Source of the DNA: Kiritimatiellia bacterium
Lineage (GTDB): Bacteria > Verrucomicrobiota > Kiritimatiellia > WLWN01
Direction of reading: 5' to 3'
Assembly (NCBI GenBank): GCA_012103575.1
Contig: WLWN01000001.1
Coordinates: forward strand, 1,564,176-1,628,175
DNA length: 64,000 nt
Notes under the pieces: generated by a model
Databases searched by the model: none
What the model was told of the DNA's origin: nothing
Seen by the model: the letters and a program-made list of their open reading frames with translations, nothing else
Program-made: the position numbers and the translations under genes
Shown: piece after piece, positions 51,977 to 62,055 of the stretch
Numbering within the stretch: position 1 is the first letter of the stretch
How the letters are laid out: each line of letters opens with the position of its first letter

Positions 51977-53635
51977 CCTGAATCCGTCAGCTATCGCTTC
52001 GGAAGGCGTTTTGGGGCTCAAAGGTTGAAAACTTTTTCCTTGAGATGCTCGCTTTTGGGCGGATTCGGACCGGCAAGTATCACCCTGATGAATTTTTTGA
52101 GCGTACAGGTCAGATTCACTCTGATTTGACCATTTTGGGGCGTAAGCCTCCTTGGGCAGTCGCCTTAGAGTATTGTTAAAGGTGCACGGAAGGCTATGCG
52201 AAGGAATGGGCAATATCTTGCATCACTTCAAACCAGCGACAACGCTTGCCAAAGTGAAGTTCAATTCGTCCGGCGTGGCGGACCAATCGAACCGCGCAAT
52301 AAACGATATTTTTGAGAACCGTTTTGATTCGCCAGCGCGGGATGTTGATTTTCTGCGGGGCAAGCCCAGCCCGTTTGATGACCTCTTGGCCAAGACCGCG
52401 CAATAGGTTGAAGGCCACCATGGCGCATAACAGAATAATCTTATTGGCACAGAGTCTCCCCAAAGGCAATCGCTCAACATCAAGATCGCTTTTGAGTTCA
52501 CTATGGTACTGCTCGCTGGGGCCATGTCCATGATAGAGATCTAGCACCGTCTTGGCACGACAAGAGAGGTCCGTCCACCAGGTGTTTACCTCAAGTTTAG
52601 GAACCAGAAGTTTCTGACCATCGATATCGATGGTGCGTTCAATCACTTCGAAGGCCACCGGGACACAAGGGTGGTTTTGGTCACCACCGGGATGAAAATG
52701 ATCGAAAAAGCCTGTGTAAACGTTCTTGCCTTCACGACTGTCTTGTTTGTCTCCAACTCGGCGTGCAAGGGCCAGCATTTGTTCAGGACATTCGCGGCGA
52801 GGATTTCGCTTTACGATGAAATAATGATCCCCAAAAGCGTCGAAGTTATCGGCCGCAGCGTTGCCACTATCAAGCCGAAGCAGACATTTTCCACCCCAGG
52901 CCCAGGGTTTGGAGCGTTTCAACGCTGCGGACAATAAACGCGGTCGTTCCCGACTGACAATGTTGTTTACCGGGTCGAAGTTCGCACTCAAGTATGTGAC
53001 CTTGAGTGCCCACATAGGCAAATATCGGGGCGTAACCATCATGGCCCTTCTAGGTGTAGGAAACGCCTTCTTTCGAAGAGCCTGAGTGATCCAAAGGGCT
53101 CACATCGATATCGACGGGAACAAGATCAAGCCCTTCGACATCTACCTAGCCAAAGGGGCCCGAGGAAAGAAGTTCGGTGTTGAGTTTGCGTAGCCCCACA
53201 TGGGTTCTGGCTGGGGGCAGGTCGTCGGAACGACATCGGAACACCGGCTCAGAGGCTACCTTTTTAACTCCCCTTTTTAAGTCCAAAGGCATTCGTAAAA
53301 ATCTCATCACCCCGGTACAGGTCGATATCATTGAAATCGGTTCGACCGTTGCAAAGTAAGCCGATCTGGGTAAGGAGGATCTCCCGATCAGAGATCGCAT
53401 CGGAGCGGCGTGGTTAAAAATTGGAGGGAAGAATCCGTTGAGCATGATCCTCAAGCAGCAGGCCGCAAAGATGATTTCCGCTTGTGCTGTTGAGTTCGCT
53501 CTTGCCAGTCTTTATTTTATATTGTTTCATATACACACCTGTTGGGGTGGGGTTGTTTGTTTGAATACGGGTATCCTCCCCGCTTTAGCCCAACAGGTAA
53601 TGAAAAATCGTCAGATTTTATCTGACGGATTCAGG
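51977..53635 (-). mobile_element. IS1380-family element, copy 2 (defective)
   Basis: Full-length (1659 bp). Flanks are TTCCT and GTCCT (4/5). Lesions: CAA->TAA in the N-terminal part, the shared +1 frameshift, a TAG at ..G*VDV.. and a further frame change near ..LGLGGKCLL... Confidence 0.85.
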
Positions 53636-53743
53636 GTCCTAACAACCTGTGACAAATAACGAGCCACTCTATATGAACTTTTTTTAGCTATTATAATTGC
53701 TCTAGCATTAACCGCTCGGTTTTATGGCGTTGGCTTTTGTTGG

Positions 53744-55753
53744 GTGTGGCTTTTTGAAAGATACATTTTTAGATCCCCCAATAGGACTTCACAAAAAATA
53801 ATCATAGCAGGAGTCGCTATTCTTCTGAGTATCTCTATTAGTACCCTCACAACCTTATTACTGGGAATAGCAGAACGGTATACTCCTATATGGGAACTAA
53901 GTATACTTGCGCTTATAAGCATGGCAGGGCTTTTCATTGGACACCGCTTAAAACACGCCCATGCATCAGACACATTCAAGTCTGGATTCTTTATGGTAGG
54001 CCCTATATGGCTCATCATCTTTTTAGGACTTATGATACCTAATAGAGGAGAATGGATTCTAGGCGGTTGGGACTCAGGAATCTATGTCAATGAAGGTATT
54101 GCTCTGGAAAGAACAGGAGGGGTTCAACCGGATGACACCTTTTTCTATACAGACCTTACATCAAAAGAGCAAGCCGTCTTTATACGAAGCCTACAAGGAC
54201 GTGAAGAACGGTTTCCAGGCGTTGTAACCGATTCAGAAAAACAAACGTTTCAGTTTGAGTTTTTCCGGCTAACCCCTTCTCTGTTAGCTATCTTTTATCG
54301 TAGCGGCGGAATGCACGGAATAGTACACACCCATACGATTATTGGGCTTTTGATGATCATCTGTTTTCTGGCATTACTCTTGAACGTTACAGATTACCGA
54401 CATGCATTATGTTCCGCCCTCTTTCTGATTGCACAACCTATATGGCTTTATCATACCTATACGCCCCTTTCTGAACCTCTTGAACTTCTATTCATTATAG
54501 GTATAGGCATCGTACTGCCCTGGAGGGACGAAAAATCCTTACCCACCCTATTTTTAGGTCTTGTTGTATTTCTACTTATCCTAAATCGTTTTAGTTTCCT
54601 CCCTTTTGCAGGCATCCTTGTATGCATAGTGACCTGGTTAGATATAGAACGCAATAATCGGGCACAGGCCGTACAAGAACATCTCGCTTTATGGATATTC
54701 ATTATAAGCGCAGCGCTTATAGGTATTTGGATAGCACCCACCTCACTTAAAACATGGGACGTACTTCCGATTATGTTGGCCATTACAGGTCTATGTTTAG
54801 GCCTCTCTATCGCCATAGATACCGTAGCTTTTCGCCCAACATATCGGGAACGATTCTGTCACTGGCCAAGCTGGATCAACCCCCTGTTTGTTATCATGAC
54901 CTTTTTGCTTTTAATTGCTCTCTGGTTCCGAAAAAAATATTTTCCAGGGAACGAACATGCTGAAAATCTATATAAATTAATATTTTATACGGGCCCACTT
55001 CTCTTTTTAACAGCGTGTATGGGAGGGTGGTTATTATTTTGCACCAACAAACAACGTCTATCAAAATCAATACGATTCTTTATCTTGTTTTTAACAGGAA
55101 TCACCCTTCTTTTACTCATACATAAAAATATCCATGATTGGTATCCGTGGGCAACAAGGCGGTATCTTTCTTTTACGGTGCCCCTCCTGGCCATTCTTGC
55201 AGGCTATCCTCTCTTTTTAGTGTGGAAGATGTTCCCTAAAAAAGGAGGCATTATAGCCTTATCTCTCTTAACCATCATCTTATTGCCCACCCTACAAAAA
55301 GGTTACCATGCCTGGAATCATACAGAATATAATGGAATCACAACCCTCATTAAACAAATCGCCCACCAGATTGACGAAGACGACATTATAGTCACAGACC
55401 ATCCATGGTGGGGAACGCCTCTCGCCATCATATATGGGAAAAAAGTTTTAGATGGGAAACGATTATGGATAGATAAAACCAAAGAAAACATGAAGATCGG
55501 CCTAAAACTTTTTGAACGACTCAATCAAAAAGGCAAACGAATCAGGTTTCTCACATCTACATCGAATGGACTGTCCACATATCCTCTTCCCATTGAACCT
55601 GTCACATTAGATTGGAGCTCTAGTCCTGTCGAATTCAAGGAGATTATTCAACATCGCCATGCACAAAGCTTTGACCTGCGTGCTAAAGAAAACATTTTTC
55701 AACTGTATACTTATGGTAAAAAAATCGAAGGAAAAGAAATCGGAGGATCTTGA
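53744..55753 (+). CDS. polytopic membrane protein, GT-C-like glycosyltransferase candidate
   Basis: 669 aa with many TM segments. The frame is open back to 53660. An ATG at 53673 is one nt out of frame, across a T7 run (53679..53685). Confidence 0.55.
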   Translation: MWLFERYIFRSPNRTSQKIIIAGVAILLSISISTLTTLLLGIAERYTPIWELSILALISMAGLFIGHRLKHAHASDTFKSGFFMVGPIWLIIFLGLMIPNRGEWILGGWDSGIYVNEGIALERTGGVQPDDTFFYTDLTSKEQAVFIRSLQGREERFPGVVTDSEKQTFQFEFFRLTPSLLAIFYRSGGMHGIVHTHTIIGLLMIICFLALLLNVTDYRHALCSALFLIAQPIWLYHTYTPLSEPLELLFIIGIGIVLPWRDEKSLPTLFLGLVVFLLILNRFSFLPFAGILVCIVTWLDIERNNRAQAVQEHLALWIFIISAALIGIWIAPTSLKTWDVLPIMLAITGLCLGLSIAIDTVAFRPTYRERFCHWPSWINPLFVIMTFLLLIALWFRKKYFPGNEHAENLYKLIFYTGPLLFLTACMGGWLLFCTNKQRLSKSIRFFILFLTGITLLLLIHKNIHDWYPWATRRYLSFTVPLLAILAGYPLFLVWKMFPKKGGIIALSLLTIILLPTLQKGYHAWNHTEYNGITTLIKQIAHQIDEDDIIVTDHPWWGTPLAIIYGKKVLDGKRLWIDKTKENMKIGLKLFERLNQKGKRIRFLTSTSNGLSTYPLPIEPVTLDWSSSPVEFKEIIQHRHAQSFDLRAKENIFQLYTYGKKIEGKEIGGS

Positions 55754-55765
55754 AGCAGGAGCATA

Positions 55766-57322
55766 TCAGAAGTGGCGAATAACAGAAACAAATGCTTGAT
55801 GTTCACTCACATCTGACCTTAATTCTGTTTGCTCGGGAGCAATACCTGCCACATCCTTTGCAAAGGTATAGATATACACGAAATCAAAAATTAGTTTCTC
55901 CGCATCTTTACCCCAAGAAAACCCTGAACCCAGGTTAAGACTATAATAATCATCCGCGCTCGGTAACGCGGGTCGTTGCTCCCAAGCAGCACCCATTCTC
56001 AACGGAATTTCAGTATTTTCTAAAATGAATAAATACTCTGTTCCGGTTCGTACTGACTATGTATCGTCGAGTGGGTTCTCCTGATACAAAGAACTATCCA
56101 ACGGATTAATACGTTCTTCGCCTTCGGCTTTAAACGAAAAATCCGACCACCTGGTTTGGCTTACATCCAAGGATGTATAAAATTTGTGACTCCAACGCCA
56201 AACCATGCCCACCGCCCAATAGAAAGGAAAATTAAATTCAACATCTTTGTTCTCTTTGGTTACGGTCTCTGTGATATCTAAGATTCGGGTACGCGTACTA
56301 TCAAATGTGGTGATCTCATTTTTTACGGTCTTTTCCTGTTCCGCCTTTGCGGTCCAAGGCAAATCTACTGTGACCCCTAAACTTAGATGACGGGAAGGCG
56401 TCCATAAAAGCCCCAACGTTGCATTTGCTCCATATAAATTACTGAATTCGTTGACTTCTTCAAACGTACCTTCCAACTCAATCCGATCCTTTTTCTACGA
56501 TGTATCCACATTGGAGAAAGGATCATACGTCCCCTCCCCTGAAATATTCGTTGTTACAGGCGGAAATCCTGGAATGGTAAACGTTACAGTTCCGTTAAAG
56601 GCGTATGTGCCGCTTGTTGTTTTTGATGAAATAATGCCAACGTCACTGTCAGAATTTCCCGCATAGGTCGCAATCGTTCTCGAACGAATGGATTCTCCAG
56701 GACGATCCTGATAAAGATTGATAGCGGTCCCGAAAGACAATGCCGGGGTTATTTTGATGGCCCAGGCCGGAGTGATCGCATCAATTCCTCCTTGTTGTTC
56801 AAAGGCCAATGAAGTGATCAGGTCAGAAGATAAAAGCTGTTGAAACGTAGTTATGGTCTTTGTTTCCAGATCGCTCACAAAAACTAAATTCCGCATCGTG
56901 GTTGCGTTTGCATCTTGTACGATATCAGTTTGTATACCACGAAATGCTGCGGAAGAGGACACGCGGTCCTGATCGGAGGATTTCTCTATAACATCCGATG
57001 AGAAAGATTGTGTAAAATCATAGGCTTCCTGAACATTTAATGAAATCACCATGTTTTTCTTTAGCCATTCAGCGTAGAAAGGATACACCGCACTAAAGTA
57101 ATTCACGTTTGCATGATCAAATTCATTTTCACTGACCGTCACGTTTCTATCGCTAGAATGATGCCGGTCTTTTTCACGCGCATATCGCAAGACCACAGAT
57201 ACTTCAGCACGTTGGAGTTGAATCAATCCAGCAGGATTCCACGAGGCAGCGGTCGCATCATCAGCAATCGCGGTGAAGGCGCCAGATAAACCCAATGCGC
57301 ACGCTCCCGAACCACTTGGCAA
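55766..57322 (-). pseudogene. outer-membrane beta-barrel protein (FadL/PorV-like) split over three frames
   Basis: ..LGLSGAFTAIADDATAASWNPAGLIQL.. near the N-terminus and a C-terminal ..FVSVIRHF. Pieces are 56495..57322, 56057..56476 and 55766..56002. Confidence 0.55.
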
Positions 57323-57364
57323 GGGCGCGGAAAAAATGGATGGAGGACTAAAAACCGTGGATGA

Positions 57365-57373
57365 GGGGGGGGG
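57365..57373. repeat. G9 homopolymer (C9 on the OMP coding strand)
   Basis: Read directly from the sequence. It lies 43 nt upstream of the first in-frame start of the OMP ORF, inside the open upstream extension of that frame. Confidence 0.9.
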
Positions 57374-57700
57374 AGGGTATGATTAGGTCGCCTTGAGGGC
57401 CTACATGGCTTATATCAATGTCTACGTTTCCTCCAGGAGTTGACACGGTAAAAACCTTCGCTTCAACCCATAAATCTGATAGGCTTATGACCCCAAGAAT
57501 TAACATGAATCTGTTTACTGGATACTTGATCTTTATTCCTTTCTACTCCCTTCTTCTGGCTATCGACAAGCCGATAGGAAGAAAAGCTGTAGCGAGCTAC
57601 AGCACTCCATATTTCCGAACATTTAGATACTATTTTTCTAAGGTCTATCATCGGAATTCCTGTCAACGTATAGAAGATACTCTCAGCAAGCGTAATGGTT

Positions 57701-57826
57701 TAGAGCGTTTCACGATTGAGGTGTCGCGATATAGCACGAAGAAAACCAGCCGATTACGTCGTCGGAAGAAACCTCTTCGAACGCTTGTGTGATCGCTTCA
57801 GATAGTTCCTGCTGACTGGTAGAGTA
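57701..57826 (-). mobile_element. IS630-type element, 3'-terminal fragment
   Basis: TA plus about 124 bp matching 43716..43832 of the full copy, cut by the left end of IS30-A copy 4. Confidence 0.7.
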
Positions 57827-58878
57827 ACAATACAAGTGCAAAGGTCCGCAGCATAGTTCATTCTTTGGGTATCTGACCCCCCCTAAAGGAGAACATAGAA
57901 TGCCACGAACCTACGAACATTTAAACCGTTATGAACGAGAAGTGATAGCCCAGATGCTAAAAGAAAAATATAGCTTATCTCAAATTGGCCGTCACCTGGG
58001 CCGATCCCCCTCGACTATTTGGCGCGAGTTTCGCCGTAATCGAGTCCGTGGCCGCTATTACCCAAGACCCGCAAATGGCCTGGCTCAAAGCCGATTACAG
58101 CTAGCTCGAAAGCCTCAAAAAGTGATGGGAGCTAGCAAAGAACAAGTGGAGACTCTCCTGGCGAAGTATTGGTCTCCAGAACAGATTGAAGGTCGAAGAA
58201 AGCTAGAAGGTGACCCTCCCGTCAGTCGAATGACGATCTACCGCTACTTGTACAGTCCAAGAGGGGTTGGCTACCGAAAATACCTGCGTGGCCCCGGAAA
58301 GAAAAAACGAGCGACTCGGAAAAGCCATTCACGTATACACAACCAAACAATGATTGACCAACGCCCCGAAGAGGGTGAAAGTCGCAAGGTGGCAGGCCAT
58401 TGGGAAGGTGACACTATTCAGGGCCAAACGAGAAAAGAGGCCTGTGTAGTCACTCTAGTAGATCGAGCGACTCGATATCTCATCGCCGATCTTTTACCTC
58501 GATGCAATGCCGAATCGGTCAACCGTTCCGTACCTCAGTTCGCTGATTCAGGGCTCCCCTGTAAAACGGTGACTGTAGATAATGGCATGGAGTTTGCCAG
58601 CCATGCTAAACTACAGAAAAAAATAGCAACCCCCATTTTCTTTGCTGAAGGGAGAAACCCTTGGCAAAGAGGGACCAATGAAAATACGAATGGTTTGCTT
58701 CGCCAGTTTTTCCCGAAGAAAACCGACTTTGCTGCCCACAGCTTCGCTCAGTTGAGCTGGGCTGTGGAGTTACTGAATAATAGACCGAGAAAATGCTTAG
58801 AATATAGAACGCCCAAAGAAATGATGGACAGCTTCGGTTTTGCACTTGTAAGTTGAGTCTGCAACCATGGAAGGGGTT
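57827..58878 (+). mobile_element. IS30-A copy 4 (apparently intact)
   Basis: Left end GTAGAGTAACAATACAAGTGCAAA. The IR-like TTTGCACTTGTAAGTTGAGTCTGC lies at ~58840..58863, followed by ~15 nt shared with other copies. Contains an uninterrupted transposase ORF. Confidence 0.85.
57900..58856 (+). CDS. IS30-family transposase (318 aa, intact)
   Basis: N-terminal HTH (LSQIGRHLGRSPSTIWREFRRN), DDE motifs GHWEGDTI, TVDNGMEF and NPWQRGTNENTNGLLRQFFPK. Confidence 0.9.
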   Translation: MPRTYEHLNRYEREVIAQMLKEKYSLSQIGRHLGRSPSTIWREFRRNRVRGRYYPRPANGLAQSRLQLARKPQKVMGASKEQVETLLAKYWSPEQIEGRRKLEGDPPVSRMTIYRYLYSPRGVGYRKYLRGPGKKKRATRKSHSRIHNQTMIDQRPEEGESRKVAGHWEGDTIQGQTRKEACVVTLVDRATRYLIADLLPRCNAESVNRSVPQFADSGLPCKTVTVDNGMEFASHAKLQKKIATPIFFAEGRNPWQRGTNENTNGLLRQFFPKKTDFAAHSFAQLSWAVELLNNRPRKCLEYRTPKEMMDSFGFALVS

Positions 58879-59033
58879 AGTTCGTTATTGGTTAGCGGCC
58901 AATCAAGTCATTTGTCGTGGAATAACTAGTAATACTGGTATTCCTGCGGGCACCCTAATCTTGGCATGGAGATGGTTTATTTGATACCGATGGTGTCAAC
59001 TGAAAAGAAAGAGAAGAAGTGGCTTAGGAGTTT

Positions 59034-61703
59034 ATGAAACGAAAAAAAATAATAGTCAAAACCGTGGGATGTATCGTTATTCTTTTGGCGGTCTATTTCC
59101 CTATCAAAAAGTATCTGGTCGAACGATTCGGCACCTCTGGATTACATGTTGGGAAAGAACTCCTAAAACAGCGCTTAGGATTAAATACGGCAAAACCCAA
59201 CGCGCCTGTATCTTCCGGGTTCCCTTCTGACAAACCCCCGGTTCCACTCACTCAGATCGACGATAAGATACGCCCCTTTAAGGAAATAGGGTCCCAACTG
59301 GGCGAGCGAGCCAAAGAAAATAGTTCATTTCACTTTAGAGGCGTCGTCATCTTTGATGCCAATAATGATAATCGGTTAGATTTATTCTTTCCACACAATG
59401 GGCGGCCTCGAGCCTATGCGACCGATAAAAACGATATTCTGCTAGATACCAAGGTGCCGGCCAAACCCTGCGTGCTATACTTGAATCGAGGAACGGCTCC
59501 CAACGGAGATCCTGTGTATGCCAGCGTGCAAGAGTTGCAAGAGAAAGGAAATGCGCTTTATGTCCGAGAAGAGCTGTTGATCGAAAATAAATATAAACCT
59601 CGTGCTAGCATACACGAAGATGAATTTAGGATTGGTAGAATTGCCCTCTCGGCCGTAGCCGCCGACGTGAATGGAGACAGTTTACAGGATCTTATTGTCG
59701 GGAATACACATAATGGAATCCCTTTTCAAACCGAAGCGTTAGCCCTACCTAGCTATCCGGCACGTGAAAATATAGGGAGAGATGAAATCAGAAAAGTTTT
59801 TCTAAATAGGACCTCCCCTTTTTTGCGAGGCAAGATCGAGGACGGTAAAGATGCCATGGTTGACTTTAGCGGTCGAGCAGAGCCTGAAGGGCGAAATAGC
59901 TTGTTTCTAAACAAGGGAGATCAAGATAACGATGGGCTTCCGGAATGGGAAGATGTGACTGAAGACGTTGGGTTTGGCGGGAGGTGGGCTACACAAGGAT
60001 TTGCCGTGGCCGATATTGACCGGGATGGAGATCTCGACATCTATGTGGCTAACTTTCTTGATCCTGACTTTTGGGGGTTTGGGACTATGCAGTTTTCGGG
60101 AAATCGCAACGAATTTTATATCAACCAGTTGGTAGAAACCGGCGTTCTACAGTTTGAAGAGAGCGCAAAAGCCTATGGGGTTGCGGGTTTGCATAAAGAA
60201 GAAGAGCTCGCCGCTGAGATGTGGATTCCCGCCAAACAACGATTTAAAAATATTGCGCATCAGACCCATGCAGGGAAGGCCGTGGGAGAGGCGGCAGATC
60301 ATTCATGGGCGGCTCAGTTTTTAGATTGGAATTATGATGGTTGGCCTGATTTGATCGTAGCCAACGATATTGGGAATAGACTGCGCGTCTATAAAAACGA
60401 GCAAGGCAAAAGTTTTAAACGAATCACAGTATTTGATGAGCCGTATTGGGACGGATGCTGGATGGGCATGGCCAGTGGAGATCTAGATGGGGACTTAAAG
60501 GACGAAATCCTTCTTAGCAACTGTGGAAGTCAAGGATTTACAGCTCGAAACAACGCGATGTTTATGGAAGAAGAACAGGCCGAGAGTATACAGGGTCTGT
60601 TTGCATTAAATGCCATCAATGGTATAAGCAGTCCACTCAATCATACTGTATTGAAATACGATCACCGCGAACAAAGACTTTCTTCGATCCCCACGGCATG
60701 CAGGGTTATTCACAGCCCTGTGATTCCTCCAGATAGCACGCGTAAAGAGAATATAGGGAAAGAGGCCTTGACTCTTTTCGAAAAATATAACTACTCCGAA
60801 ACCTTGAGTGGGATGGAATTTGCGTGGGGTTTCGCCCTCTTCGATATCGATAATGATAGCGATTTAGATATCTATATGGCTGGATCTTTAGGTAGAGGGA
60901 ACGATGGCCTTATAGGAGATTGGTCAGGTAGCCCAGGACGCCTTTTAGTGAATGAAAGCAGAACAGGTGCCCTTCAGTTTAGGGATCTGACCTTAACCTA
61001 TCGGTTGCTCGATGTAAGTGAAATCGATTACGATGCGAATCCTCCCCGGAGGAAAGCGCCAGGGACCAATTGGCATAAACGAGATAGTATCTATGTTACC
61101 GATACCGATTCCTATTCCGAGACAGGATTGGAAGCTTCCCAAAAAAGCAAAATCGTCGACATCCTGCGTATGCACGAAGCCGCCAACGGCATGGTGGCAG
61201 GTGATTTGAACCAGGATGGCTATGAAGATTTAGTGGTTACGCATTCAGCGGGTTATAATTCAAATCTTTCCTCCGCCCGGAATCTAAAGGTCAAATTTAT
61301 GGGGAAGGTATTGGCCGTTCCTGCACCTAACAAACTCAATAAACCGCCTATTCAGTTTGAGGAAGGCCCAACATTTGTGTACATTAACGGCGGACCTCCT
61401 GAGGGGAAAGAGCCGCGCTGGGTAAACATTCGTTTGCTTGATGAGAGTGGGTTTAATCGCTATGGGGTCGGAGCCAAGATTATTATCAATGACAAGATTA
61501 TGCGACGCCTAACGATTGGGGGACATATATTTAGTGGCGTGATGGCAGATCTTCATATCGGATTGGGCGATGAAGATCTCAAGAACATAAAAGTGTATTG
61601 GCCTTCTGGAGAAATGGACCCCCAAGTCATCACCTTTGACCCTCCTTTAAGCAATAAACGTGTTTGTATTGACAAAATTAGAGGACAACTCGCGTGCCAA
61701 TGA
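59034..61703 (+). CDS. CRTAC1-like FG-GAP/ASPIC protein, subtype-1 paralog #4 (only intact copy, 889 aa)
   Basis: N-terminal TM/signal anchor, FG-GAP/VCBS-type D-x-D-x-DG motifs (DANNDNRLDLF, DVNGDSLQDLIV, DIDRDGDLDIYV, DWNYDGWPDLIV, DLDGDLKDEIL, DIDNDSDLDIYM, DLNQDGYEDLVV) and a C-terminal ASPIC/UnbV motif (NRYGVGAKIII). Confidence 0.9.
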   Translation: MKRKKIIVKTVGCIVILLAVYFPIKKYLVERFGTSGLHVGKELLKQRLGLNTAKPNAPVSSGFPSDKPPVPLTQIDDKIRPFKEIGSQLGERAKENSSFHFRGVVIFDANNDNRLDLFFPHNGRPRAYATDKNDILLDTKVPAKPCVLYLNRGTAPNGDPVYASVQELQEKGNALYVREELLIENKYKPRASIHEDEFRIGRIALSAVAADVNGDSLQDLIVGNTHNGIPFQTEALALPSYPARENIGRDEIRKVFLNRTSPFLRGKIEDGKDAMVDFSGRAEPEGRNSLFLNKGDQDNDGLPEWEDVTEDVGFGGRWATQGFAVADIDRDGDLDIYVANFLDPDFWGFGTMQFSGNRNEFYINQLVETGVLQFEESAKAYGVAGLHKEEELAAEMWIPAKQRFKNIAHQTHAGKAVGEAADHSWAAQFLDWNYDGWPDLIVANDIGNRLRVYKNEQGKSFKRITVFDEPYWDGCWMGMASGDLDGDLKDEILLSNCGSQGFTARNNAMFMEEEQAESIQGLFALNAINGISSPLNHTVLKYDHREQRLSSIPTACRVIHSPVIPPDSTRKENIGKEALTLFEKYNYSETLSGMEFAWGFALFDIDNDSDLDIYMAGSLGRGNDGLIGDWSGSPGRLLVNESRTGALQFRDLTLTYRLLDVSEIDYDANPPRRKAPGTNWHKRDSIYVTDTDSYSETGLEASQKSKIVDILRMHEAANGMVAGDLNQDGYEDLVVTHSAGYNSNLSSARNLKVKFMGKVLAVPAPNKLNKPPIQFEEGPTFVYINGGPPEGKEPRWVNIRLLDESGFNRYGVGAKIIINDKIMRRLTIGGHIFSGVMADLHIGLGDEDLKNIKVYWPSGEMDPQVITFDPPLSNKRVCIDKIRGQLACQ

Positions 61704-61743
61704 TACTTTGTTGATGAAATATTTTAAATAGGAAGGAGATAGC

Positions 61744-62055
61744 ATGAACGTTATCAATCTTGGTTTTCCTAGAACAGGAACTCAGTCCCTGGGAGCCGCG
61801 CTGAAAATATTGGATTATAAGCCGTTTACCATGTCCGAGGCCCTTAGTAAATGCAGCTATCTTATTTTCCTTCAGAAAAAATATTCCGGACGTTTAGATA
61901 CGCCTTGCTCCAAAGTCATTAAAGGCTACGATGCTATGATAGGAATGCCTCTATGCTTCCAACAAGAGTCCCTCTATAAAGAGTTTTCTCATGCCAAATA
62001 TATCGTGTTACTCCGAGATCCAGAGGCCTGGTACAAAAGCATGTCTAGTCTAGCA
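61744..62055 (+). pseudogene. sulfotransferase (Sulfotransfer_4-like), 5' part, interrupted by IS1380 copy 3
   Basis: VINLGFPRTGTQSLGAALKILDY (PAPS-binding loop type) ..VLLRDPEAWYKSMSSLA, then the IS. Confidence 0.65.

Noticed and set aside
57418-57792. 124-aa plus-strand ORF upstream of IS30-A copy 4
   Set aside because: It overlaps the IS630 fragment and the probable 5' region of the minus-strand OMP gene. It has low-complexity composition and no motif.
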